Assembly: GCA_902586925.1 (NCBI GenBank)
Contig: CACIJE010000001.1
Location: 747,449 to 811,448, forward strand
DNA from: an uncultured SAR86 cluster bacterium
Lineage (GTDB): Bacteria; Pseudomonadota; Gammaproteobacteria; Magnimaribacterales; D2472
Reading direction: 5' to 3'
Length of the DNA: 64,000 nucleotides
This document shows, piece by piece, positions 20,929 through 29,485 of the stretch. Under the pieces are notes generated by a model that did not search any database, had not been told where the DNA came from, and saw only the letters and a list, made by a program, of their open reading frames with translations. The position numbers and the translations under genes are program-made. How positions within the stretch are numbered: the first letter of the stretch is position 1; the number at the start of each line of letters is the position of its first letter.

Positions 20929-21666
20929 ATGGCTGGTCATTCAAAATGGGCAAACATAAAACATAGAAAAGCAAGGCAAGACGCCTCACGTGGCAAGGTT
21001 TGGACAAAGGTAATAAGAGAAATTACTGTCTCTGCAAAAGACGGCCCAGATCCAAATGATAATCCAAGATTAAGACTTGCTCTTGAAAAAGCAAATTCTG
21101 CAAATATGCCAAAAGATACCATCAAAAGAGCCATTGAAAAAGGTTCTGGTACTGGAGATACAGGAGATCTAGAGGAAATTATATTTGAGGGGTATGGTCC
21201 GGGCGGCGTTGCAATTTTAGTACAAACAATGACAGATAACAGGAATAGAACTGTATCAGATGTAAGACATGCATTTTCAAAATTTGGAGGTAATTTAGGA
21301 ACTGATGGGTCTGTCGCATACTTATTTAAAAAACTCGGCATTATTCAAATCAATAAAAATTATTCAGAAGAAGAACTTATGGAAAATGTCATTGAATCTG
21401 GAGCGATTGATTTCACAGAAGAAGAAGATTTTTTTGAAGTGACAACAGACCCAAATCAATTTAGTAGGATTATTGAGTATTTTAAACAAAATAAAATTGA
21501 ATATTTGAATGCAGAATTATCCTTAAGAGCTGATACGCTTGTAAATTTAAATCAAGACATGTCTGAGAAAGTTTTAAATATCATGGAATTTATGGATGAT
21601 CTTGATGATGTTCAGGAAGTTTATACTAATGCAGAGTTTCCTGAAAATTTTGAGGTGAAAGGATAA
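20929..21666 (+). CDS. yebC: YebC/PmpR family DNA-binding regulator / translation-associated protein
   Basis: MAGHSKWANIKHRKARQDASRGKVWTK N-terminus. aspS-yebC synteny. Confidence 0.93.
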   Translation: MAGHSKWANIKHRKARQDASRGKVWTKVIREITVSAKDGPDPNDNPRLRLALEKANSANMPKDTIKRAIEKGSGTGDTGDLEEIIFEGYGPGGVAILVQTMTDNRNRTVSDVRHAFSKFGGNLGTDGSVAYLFKKLGIIQINKNYSEEELMENVIESGAIDFTEEEDFFEVTTDPNQFSRIIEYFKQNKIEYLNAELSLRADTLVNLNQDMSEKVLNIMEFMDDLDDVQEVYTNAEFPENFEVKG

Positions 21667-21669
21667 ACT

Positions 21670-22095
21670 TTGTCTATTAACTCAAGAAATAAAGGTGCTG
21701 CATTTGAGAGACAGATTGCAAATGCACTTATAAAAGATCTAAATCTTAAAAATCCAGTCAAAAGAATATTAGAGCAGACCCGTACAAAAGAATTACCTGA
21801 TCTTATGCTAGGAAAATGGTGCATTGAATGTAAAGCTTATGGTGCTGGCGCTGAACCAAGACCAGATTGGTGGGAGCAGGTTCTTGCTTCTGCAAGACAA
21901 GATAACTTCAGACCAGCTTTAGTATATAAATTTAATAATAGACCAATTAAGGTTCGTATATTAGCAAAATCGATTAATAACAAAATAAGCAACAATCTTG
22001 TCACTGTAGATCTTTTATGGCCAGATTTTATTCAAATAATACTTGAATTATTCCAAGAGGATATTGAGTTACATGAACAAAATTATCAAGTGTAG
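21670..22095 (+). CDS. small PD-(D/E)XK-fold nuclease, archaeal Hjc-like candidate Holliday-junction resolvase (hypothetical)
   Basis: 141 codons with a TTG start 3 nt after the yebC stop. RNKGAAFERQIA, then LPDLML and CIECK, give an E...PD...ExK arrangement resembling Hjc (KGxxxER...PD...E-x-K). It occupies the ruvC position. The call rests on motifs only. Confidence 0.5.
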   Translation: MSINSRNKGAAFERQIANALIKDLNLKNPVKRILEQTRTKELPDLMLGKWCIECKAYGAGAEPRPDWWEQVLASARQDNFRPALVYKFNNRPIKVRILAKSINNKISNNLVTVDLLWPDFIQIILELFQEDIELHEQNYQV

Positions 22096-22483
22096 TGAAT
22101 TAAGTTTTGATATTTATATCGAAGACACAGATTTTCAAGGTGTTGTATATCATTCTAATTATTTGAAGTATTTCGAAAGATCGAGATCGAGATTTCTTTC
22201 AAGTATTGGTATCTCTCAAAAAGAACTAAGGTTTAAAGATTTAGCATTTGTTGTTAAAAGTATTTATATAAATTATCTTTCAGCAGCTGAACTCGGCGAT
22301 CAAATAATAGTCCAATCAAATGTAGAAAAAAAATCTAATGCAAGAATGATTTTTCATCAAAAGATTATCAATAAAGCAAATGGAAATGAGTTTGTAGATG
22401 GTGAAGTAGAAGTTTGTTTTATTAATCTTTTAACAAAAAAACCAAAAAAGTTTCCAGATGATTTATTATTAATTTTTAATTAG
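22073..22483 (+). CDS. ybgC: tol-pal associated acyl-CoA thioesterase YbgC (4HBT family)
   Basis: IYIEDTDFQGVVYHSNYLKYFERSR is the hot-dog thioesterase catalytic motif. It lies immediately upstream of tolQ. I chose the ATG at 22073 over the TTG at 22043. Confidence 0.8.
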   Translation: MNKIIKCSELSFDIYIEDTDFQGVVYHSNYLKYFERSRSRFLSSIGISQKELRFKDLAFVVKSIYINYLSAAELGDQIIVQSNVEKKSNARMIFHQKIINKANGNEFVDGEVEVCFINLLTKKPKKFPDDLLLIFN

Positions 22484-22492
22484 GAAGAATTT

Positions 22493-23164
22493 ATGGAAGA
22501 AGTTTCAGTATTAAATCTCTTTTTAGATGCTGGTATTGTAGTTAAGATTGTCATGCTACTTCTTTTTGTTGCCTCTATATTATCTTGGATAGTGATTGTC
22601 GAAAGATATAATTTTTTTAAAAAGGTCAAAAAAGAAAATAAGGCTTTTTTAGAAAAGTTTTGGGGAGGAAAAGACCTAGATATCTTATTCAAAGAAATAA
22701 ATAGGGATGATTTTTTATACGGCGCAAGAAACTTATTTAAAAATTCTTTTGATGAGTTTAGCTCTCTAAAAGAAGTTGATGATATTTCTGAATTAGATTT
22801 AGAAAGCATTAATCGATCAATGAGAGTCTCTATAGCATCAGATGAGGAGGAAATGAACAAACATCTACCATTTCTTGCCAATGTTGGGTCTGTTAGTCCA
22901 TATGTTGGTTTGCTGGGAACTGTTTGGGGGATAATGACATCTTTCATAGGATTATCAGATGCAACTCAAGCAACTATAAATGCAGTTGCTCCTGGAATAT
23001 CAGAAGCATTAATTGCAACAGGCATGGGACTATTTGCTGCAATACCTGCAGTTGTCGCATTTAACAAGTTTACATCCGAGTCTGAAACTATAAGTCAGGG
23101 GACACTTATCTTTGCAGAAGAATTAGCGAGTATTTTTTACAAGCAAACAATCAATAAAAAATAG
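22493..23164 (+). CDS. tolQ: Tol-Pal system protein TolQ
   Basis: MotA/TolQ/ExbB channel family with the VSPYVGLLGTVWGIM motif. tolQRAB order. Confidence 0.9.
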   Translation: MEEVSVLNLFLDAGIVVKIVMLLLFVASILSWIVIVERYNFFKKVKKENKAFLEKFWGGKDLDILFKEINRDDFLYGARNLFKNSFDEFSSLKEVDDISELDLESINRSMRVSIASDEEEMNKHLPFLANVGSVSPYVGLLGTVWGIMTSFIGLSDATQATINAVAPGISEALIATGMGLFAAIPAVVAFNKFTSESETISQGTLIFAEELASIFYKQTINKK

Positions 23165-23586
23165 TGATATACAGGTTAGCAAAGAAGAAAAATCTCAAGG
23201 CAGAAATTAATGTAGTCCCTTACATTGATGTAATGTTAGTTTTACTGATTATTTTTATGGTCTTATCACCTCTTTTAATTCAGGGTATTGAAGTAAATTT
23301 ACCTAAAACAGATACTACCAAGATGAGCGTTCAAAATGAACCTCTTGTAATTTCTATTGATAACAATGGAAATTATTTCCTTAACGTTGGTGATGAATCT
23401 CTAACAATTACTTTAGATGAACTTAAAAGAAAATCTAAGGTAATCTTTGAAGCAAATCCTGAAATTGAGATAGTTTTTCAAAGCGATAAAGATGTTGCGT
23501 TTGACTTTGTTGCAAAAGCAATGGCATCTGTTCAAAGTGTTGGCATCACAAAAGTAGGAATTGTAACTTCAGGTTATGAGAATTAA
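23164..23586 (+). CDS. tolR: Tol-Pal system protein TolR
   Basis: LKAEINVVPYIDVMLVLLIIFMV matches E. coli TolR LKSEINIVPLLDVLLVLL. GTG start shares one nt with the tolQ stop. Confidence 0.85.
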   Translation: MIYRLAKKKNLKAEINVVPYIDVMLVLLIIFMVLSPLLIQGIEVNLPKTDTTKMSVQNEPLVISIDNNGNYFLNVGDESLTITLDELKRKSKVIFEANPEIEIVFQSDKDVAFDFVAKAMASVQSVGITKVGIVTSGYEN

Positions 23587-24193
23587 TAAAATATATCTTG
23601 AAGCATCTTTTGTATCCTTTGTAATTCATGCTTCAATTATATTATATCTCTTAGGATTTTTTTATTTTGAATCTCAGGAAAGGTCATTACTAAGCAAACC
23701 GATTGAGGTAAGTCTTATTTTTCAAGATAATGTAAAAGAAATTAAGAAAAATAATTCGATATTAGAAACAAAGAATTTTAAAATCAATGAAATCCCAGAT
23801 AGTGCTATAGACAAAAAATCTATATCATTTGATTCCCTCATTCCTTCAATTAGTTTAAATGATCTTATTGCTGAAGATAAATCAATTTCAACAGATTATG
23901 AAGAAAATCAAATAGATATACTTAGTTCTTATATTATTGAAAATATTCAATCTGCATGGAGAAAGCCAATAAATATACAAGACGGCTTGGTTTGTGATTT
24001 AAGATTATCAATTAACAAAAATGGCAGAATTATAGATATTAATTTGATTAAAAGCAGTGGAAACTTGAGATTTGATAACTCCGCTCTAAAAGCAGTTCAA
24101 AGAGTTGAAACTTTTAGTTTTTTACAAGATATTCCAATGAGTATATACAATTCAAATTTTAGGAGTATCGTGATTACCTTTAATCCATCATGA
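23576..24193 (+). CDS. tolA: Tol-Pal system protein TolA (short form, 205 aa)
   Basis: It lies between tolR and tolB. It has an N-terminal TM anchor and a C-terminal TonB/TolA-like domain (SAWRKP...CDLRLSINKNGRIIDINLIKSSGNLRFDNSALKAV). Confidence 0.6.
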   Translation: MRINKIYLEASFVSFVIHASIILYLLGFFYFESQERSLLSKPIEVSLIFQDNVKEIKKNNSILETKNFKINEIPDSAIDKKSISFDSLIPSISLNDLIAEDKSISTDYEENQIDILSSYIIENIQSAWRKPINIQDGLVCDLRLSINKNGRIIDINLIKSSGNLRFDNSALKAVQRVETFSFLQDIPMSIYNSNFRSIVITFNPS

Positions 24194-25446
24194 ATAAAAA
24201 ATTACTTGTTTTAATATTTTCTAATTTCTTGAATGCAGAACTTATTCTTGAAATTACACAGGGAACTGAAGACCCTTATAGAGTAGCTTTAGTTCAATTT
24301 GAAGGAAATAAAAATATATCAAAAAATATCAATGAAATTATTAGAAATAATTTAACAAGGTCAGGTGAATTTAAAATATTCGGAAATGATGATCTGATAT
24401 CAAATCCATCAGATGAAACAGAAGTTATATTTAATGATTTTAAGATTCTTGATATAGATTATTTAATCTTAGGAAAAATTATCGAGGAAGGTGCTGGTAT
24501 TTCTGTTATTTACGAGATTTATGATATCAACATGAGTAAAAAAATAAGAACATCAACGGTTTTTGGAATTCCCAATAAGAATAGACAGCTAAGTCATTAC
24601 ATTAGTGATGGGATTTATGAAGAAATCACTGGTATTAAGGGAATTTCATCAACAAAAATTCTTTATGTAACAGAAAAAGATAATTTTAATCTTGTAATTG
24701 CTGATGCTGATGGAAGCAATGAACAAATCCTTTTAAAAAGTAATGATCCAATAATTTCTCCATCATGGTCTCCTGATTCAAAAAAAGTCGCTTACGTGTC
24801 ATTCGAGACAGGTATGGCAAAAGTTTATATACAAAATATAGCAACTGGAAAAAGAGAACTTGCAATTGAAAATTCATCTCAAATTAGTTCACCTTCATGG
24901 TCGCCAGATGGAAAATTTTTATCATTAACAATGTATCAAGATGGCAATGCTGAAATTTATATTTTAAATTTGAAAAACAAAAAGCTTACTAGACTTACAA
25001 ATCACTATTCAATTGATACCGAATCATCTTGGTCACCAAAAGGATCAAAAATAATCTTTACGTCAGGAAGATCGGGTTCGCCTCAAATTTATGAATTAAA
25101 TTTGAAGAGATCTAATTCAAAACCAAAAAGATTAACATTTGATGGTAATTACAATGCCAAAGGATCATATTTACCTGATAATGATGGAATTATATTTGTT
25201 CATAGAGAGAATTCAAACTTTCAGATCGCAATCAAATATTTCGACGAGAATTATGTTAGACCTTTAACTCAAGCACAATTAGACGAATCGCCTAGCATTT
25301 CACCTAATGGAAATGTTATAGTCTATGCTATAAAAGATGATGGAATGGGACTCCTTGCTGGTATAACTTTGAGTGGAGTTAAATTCAGACTTCCAGCAAA
25401 AATGGGTAGTGTCAGAGAACCAGCTTGGTCAGGTTTTTTAAGATAA
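24190..25446 (+). CDS. tolB: Tol-Pal system beta-propeller protein TolB
   Basis: Repeated SPSWSPDG/SWSPKG propeller blades plus a signal peptide. Confidence 0.92.
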   Translation: MNKKLLVLIFSNFLNAELILEITQGTEDPYRVALVQFEGNKNISKNINEIIRNNLTRSGEFKIFGNDDLISNPSDETEVIFNDFKILDIDYLILGKIIEEGAGISVIYEIYDINMSKKIRTSTVFGIPNKNRQLSHYISDGIYEEITGIKGISSTKILYVTEKDNFNLVIADADGSNEQILLKSNDPIISPSWSPDSKKVAYVSFETGMAKVYIQNIATGKRELAIENSSQISSPSWSPDGKFLSLTMYQDGNAEIYILNLKNKKLTRLTNHYSIDTESSWSPKGSKIIFTSGRSGSPQIYELNLKRSNSKPKRLTFDGNYNAKGSYLPDNDGIIFVHRENSNFQIAIKYFDENYVRPLTQAQLDESPSISPNGNVIVYAIKDDGMGLLAGITLSGVKFRLPAKMGSVREPAWSGFLR

Positions 25447-25450
25447 CTTT

Positions 25451-25942
25451 ATGGAGAAAAAAATGTTTTTAAGAAATAAAATAAATTTTTTAATCGCAGT
25501 AATTTTTCTATCTTCATGTTCAAGTATGAACGTTACTGAGGAAAGAGTTTACTCAGATGATGTCAAAACTGTAGAGGCATCATCAAGCGATAGTATTCAA
25601 TATGATAATAAAGCCGTATTCGCTAGCGCAACAATATATTTTGAATTTGATAAATCAAATTTGACAAGCAAATCAATCCAAATATTAAAAAGTGTGGCTA
25701 GTGCTTTAAATGAAAATAAATCCATTCAAGTTACTCTTGCTGGACATGCTGATGAAAGAGGAACACGAGAATATAATCTTGCATTAGGTCAAAGAAGAGC
25801 AGAAACAGTTAGTGATTATTTTATATTGAATGGTATAAGCAAAAATAGAATAAGTGTTAAAAGCTATGGTGAAGAAAGACCATTAGCAATAGGCCAAGAT
25901 GATGATAGCTACTCAAAAAATAGAAGGGTTGAAATCAATTAA
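25451..25942 (+). CDS. pal: peptidoglycan-associated lipoprotein Pal (OmpA-like domain)
   Basis: Lipobox FLSSC. OmpA-C motif LAGHADERGTREYNLALGQRRAETV...NRRVEI. Confidence 0.9.
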   Translation: MEKKMFLRNKINFLIAVIFLSSCSSMNVTEERVYSDDVKTVEASSSDSIQYDNKAVFASATIYFEFDKSNLTSKSIQILKSVASALNENKSIQVTLAGHADERGTREYNLALGQRRAETVSDYFILNGISKNRISVKSYGEERPLAIGQDDDSYSKNRRVEIN

Positions 25943-26601
25943 TGAGATTGAAATTTCTAATCTCAAAATATCTTTTTATAATACTTTTTTCTTCTAATAA
26001 TATTGTTGCGAATGAAAACGAAGATATTAAAACAGATATCTTATTTCTAAAAATTCAAGAATTAGAATCAGAGATTGCTGATCTAAGAAATAGAATTGAG
26101 TCTCAAAATTTTCTAATTGAAAAATTAATTCAAGAATCATTTGATAATCAGGTAGATAATAAAGAAGATGAAATTGAAGAATTGACACTCAATTCTGATA
26201 TTAGGTTTGAAGGTATTGATGATCTAAGGAGCAAAGAACAAATTTATGACTCAGCCATTGAAGCTCTTGAGAGTCAAAATTTTGAAAGAGCTTTTAATTT
26301 ATACAAATATTTTGTTGATAATTTCAATGATGAAGAGAAAAGGCCACTATCACTTTTTTGGTTAGGAGAAATAAGCATGATAAATAATGATCTTGAAAAT
26401 GCTAAGGTTTTTTTTATGGAACTAATAAGCAAATATCCAAGTCATTATAGAATTCCTTTATCTCATAAAAAGATTGGAGATATTTATTTAAAATCTAGTC
26501 AAACTGAGAACGCTAGAGAAAAATATAATTTTGTTGTCAGGGAGTATCCTAATAATACCGCCTCTTCTTTAGCCTTGCAGTTATTGAAAAATATGGAATA
26601 A
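25942..26601 (+). CDS. cpoB: cell division coordinator CpoB (YbgF), coiled-coil plus TPR
   Basis: Signal peptide, N-terminal coiled coil (LKIQELESEIADLRNRIESQ) and C-terminal TPR-like repeats. It is the last gene of the tol-pal cluster. Confidence 0.75.
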   Translation: MRLKFLISKYLFIILFSSNNIVANENEDIKTDILFLKIQELESEIADLRNRIESQNFLIEKLIQESFDNQVDNKEDEIEELTLNSDIRFEGIDDLRSKEQIYDSAIEALESQNFERAFNLYKYFVDNFNDEEKRPLSLFWLGEISMINNDLENAKVFFMELISKYPSHYRIPLSHKKIGDIYLKSSQTENAREKYNFVVREYPNNTASSLALQLLKNME

Positions 26602-26634
26602 TCACCATCTTTTGATATGTGCATTTATAAATGT

Positions 26635-26710
26635 GGGTCGCTAGCTCAGCTGGTAGAGCAGTTGGCTTTTAACCAATTGGTCACAGGTTCGAATCCTGTG
26701 CGACCCACCA
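26635..26710 (+). tRNA. tRNA-Lys (anticodon UUU)
   Basis: GGGTCGCTAGCTCAGCTGGTAGAGCAGTTGGCTTTTAACCAATTGGTCACAGGTTCGAATCCTGTGCGACCCACCA is near-identical to E. coli tRNA-Lys. It has anticodon loop CTTTTAA, an encoded CCA and 76 nt. A tRNA-Lys follows ybgF in E. coli and Pseudomonas too. Confidence 0.95.
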
Positions 26711-26725
26711 CTTTTTGGAGTAAAT

Positions 26726-27964
26726 TTGTTTAGTTTTATAAAAAGCTCCATATCTAAAGAATCAATTCTTGGTTCTTCACTATTTTTCTTAGTTTTATCG
26801 TCTTGGTATACCTTAAGGCCTGTTAGAAATGAAATGGCTGTAGCTAATGTAAATGAACTTCCTTACCTTTTAGCAGCTGGTGCCATAGCAATGCTCATTG
26901 TCAATCCATTGTATTCTTGGATAGCCTCAAAGTCAGATTTAAAAAAAATAATACTTTTTTGTTATTCGTTTTTGATTTTAAACTTAATGCTATTCCTCTT
27001 TAGTTGGAAAATATTAGATCTTGGTGATTCAATTTGGTTAGGTAGAATTTTCTATGTATGGTGTAATGTATATTCTTTTTTTGTTGTTTCTATCTTTTGG
27101 GTTGTAATAATTAATTTATATAGAACTGCTGAGAAAAGATCTTTTTACGGCATTATAATGGCTGGTGGTTCTTTAGGTGCTGTATTTGGTTCCGAAATTT
27201 CGAAAAGATTTTCAAGTTCATTTAATGAGCTTGGCTTAGAATTATTTAGCATATCAGCAGCACTTTTTCTGTTTTTAGCAATGTTACTAGCTATATACAT
27301 GTTATCGACTTCAAACAACGATGAAGCTGTTGAAATAGATAATATTGGTGGGGGAAGTTTTGATGCTATAAAAAATTCTATTCAAATTAGTGAAATAAGA
27401 AATATTTCTTATTATGTTTGGTTGTGGACTGCTTTAATGACAATACAATGGATTACAGCAATAAATATAGTTGAAGAATGGTCACAAGATTCCGGCCAGA
27501 GAATTATATTTTTTGCAACTGTTGAACAAGTAACATCTCCAATAACCCTGATAGTTCAACTTTTCTTCACAAATTTAATTATCAAAAAAATTGGAATTAA
27601 GAATATCTTAGTATCATATGGATTTTTATTTTTCTTAGCATATTTACTTTACGGATTAATTCCATCAATAGTATCTGTTGGAATTGTTACAGTGCTTTTG
27701 AGAGTCTTTGAGTATGGTATAAATAAACCAACGAGAGAGATGATTTTTAGTGCTTTAAAAAAGAATGATAGATATAAATCAACAGTCTTTATTGATACGT
27801 TTATCTCTAGATTTGGGGATTTATCAGGCAGTGGTTTTATCGCATTAGGAAAGTTGACAACACTTGCTGCTAATATTTATCCAATAATTGCTATACCAAT
27901 CACTGGCATACTATCGATATTTGGATCAAGAATCTCAAAAGATTTAAAAACTAAAGACCTCTAG
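26726..27964 (+). CDS. polytopic membrane transporter, MFS-fold. The N-terminal motif resembles COG3202 / Npt-TLC-like (AAA family) transporters.
   Basis: 412 aa with about 11-12 predicted TM segments. The SWYTLRPVRNEM motif near TM1 resembles the Y-x-LRP-x-R-D/E signature I associate with that family. Only a TTG start is available. Subfamily assignment is tentative. Confidence 0.5.
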   Translation: MFSFIKSSISKESILGSSLFFLVLSSWYTLRPVRNEMAVANVNELPYLLAAGAIAMLIVNPLYSWIASKSDLKKIILFCYSFLILNLMLFLFSWKILDLGDSIWLGRIFYVWCNVYSFFVVSIFWVVIINLYRTAEKRSFYGIIMAGGSLGAVFGSEISKRFSSSFNELGLELFSISAALFLFLAMLLAIYMLSTSNNDEAVEIDNIGGGSFDAIKNSIQISEIRNISYYVWLWTALMTIQWITAINIVEEWSQDSGQRIIFFATVEQVTSPITLIVQLFFTNLIIKKIGIKNILVSYGFLFFLAYLLYGLIPSIVSVGIVTVLLRVFEYGINKPTREMIFSALKKNDRYKSTVFIDTFISRFGDLSGSGFIALGKLTTLAANIYPIIAIPITGILSIFGSRISKDLKTKDL

Positions 27965-29387
27965 AGTTGCTAATAACTTTTTTTATTTGAATTATTTTGG
28001 TCATTATCCGCTCAGATATTTGGAAGTTATTTTGTGTAAGCTTTAGAGCAAATTCTAGTTGATTAAGAGCTCTTTCATTTTGACCTAGTAGCAAAAAGTA
28101 CTCGGCTCTACTTTGATGATACCCTACGATATTTTTGCTACTTCTTTGAATTTCGGATAAAAGAAGCCAAAGCTCAGGACTATTGTTTTTTGTTAAAAGT
28201 TGGTCCCTTATTATTTCTTCAGATTCAAAATGTTTCTGCATCGCTAAAAGAATTTTCGCTTTTGAAATTGAAAGTGGATAGTTTCTTGGTGATATTTCTA
28301 AAAACTTATTTACGAGTAAAAAAGCCTCCTCATTCTTATTAAATTCATACAAGATATCAATCTTTGTATTGTTTAAAACGAGATTTTTAGGATACTTTAA
28401 AATAATTTTATTGATAACATCTAAGCTTTTTTGATAATCATTATTTTTTTTATATGCAAGGGCTAAACCATATAAGTTAGCATCTGTTTGTTCTTCTTTA
28501 GCTCTTTGTTGGAATCTTCTCAAAGCATTTGAGGGTATATTTTCGTAATATACTTCAAGTCTTGTTTTCATTAGTGAAAATTCTAGTGAGTCTCTTTTTG
28601 TATTTTCGCTTGATAAATTCTCAGCAGCATTGAATGCGTCACTTATTCGCGAGGAAGATAAGGGATGTGTTAGTAAAAACTCAGGTGGTAAATCTCCAGA
28701 AAGCCTTCTTATCTCATTCATATTTTCAAACATTTCGCCCATTGAGTTTGGGTCATATCCTGCCTTTACAAGATTAGAGAAGCCAACTCTATCAGCTTCT
28801 TTTTCAAAAAGACGACTATATCTTAAATTTTGTGACTGCAATATTGCTGGTCCAACAGCCATTGCATTTGGGTTGTTACTAATTAGGGCAATTGCTATGG
28901 AGGATACCATAACTAAAGCAGACGCAAGGTTACTGTCTTGTGATTTTAAAACATTTCTGGCAAAGTGTCTTTGACTTAAATGAGCTAACTCATGAGCAAT
29001 AACTGAAGAAAATTGGCCCTCGTTATCTGAATAAAGAAAAAGTCCTCCATTTACACCAATTACACCTCCAGGTGCAGCAAAAGCATTCAGAGAATCATCA
29101 TCTATTAAGAGTAGGGTAAAATACCTATCTTTTACCTGACTATATTCAGAAAGTCTGTATAAGAGATGTTCTGTGTATTCATATAGGAGTGGATCGGATA
29201 TTAATGGTGCTTGGGAGTATACTTGCTCGAGAAACATTTCACCAATCGCCTTTTCTTGTGAGTAAGATACGGCTCCAGAAACTCTATCTCCAAGTTCTGG
29301 CAAAGATACTTCATCAATCTCATCATTAAATGCAGAAAGATTTAAACAAAAAAATATTCCTAATAAGCATTGAAATAAGACTTTCAT
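27951..29387 (-). CDS. bepA: periplasmic M48 metalloprotease with TPR domain (BepA/YfgC-like)
   Basis: Signal peptide, zinc motif HELAHLSQRH and C-terminal TPR repeats. It is divergent from perM, as in E. coli. Confidence 0.8.
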   Translation of the reverse strand: MKVLFQCLLGIFFCLNLSAFNDEIDEVSLPELGDRVSGAVSYSQEKAIGEMFLEQVYSQAPLISDPLLYEYTEHLLYRLSEYSQVKDRYFTLLLIDDDSLNAFAAPGGVIGVNGGLFLYSDNEGQFSSVIAHELAHLSQRHFARNVLKSQDSNLASALVMVSSIAIALISNNPNAMAVGPAILQSQNLRYSRLFEKEADRVGFSNLVKAGYDPNSMGEMFENMNEIRRLSGDLPPEFLLTHPLSSSRISDAFNAAENLSSENTKRDSLEFSLMKTRLEVYYENIPSNALRRFQQRAKEEQTDANLYGLALAYKKNNDYQKSLDVINKIILKYPKNLVLNNTKIDILYEFNKNEEAFLLVNKFLEISPRNYPLSISKAKILLAMQKHFESEEIIRDQLLTKNNSPELWLLLSEIQRSSKNIVGYHQSRAEYFLLLGQNERALNQLEFALKLTQNNFQISERIMTKIIQIKKVISNSRGL

Positions 29388-29485
29388 TACAAAAATAATA
29401 TATAAAATAAATAATTAGAACATTATAACAATGTAAAAGTTTAATATTTTCAATAAATTCTTATATATAATGTAAATTAATTTTT

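Noticed and set aside
26635-27964. tRNA-Lys as a possible integration hotspot with a downstream genomic island.
   Set aside because: There is no integrase, no direct repeat of the tRNA 3' end and no visible compositional shift. The tRNA is followed after 16 nt by a single transporter gene and then core genes (bepA, perM).
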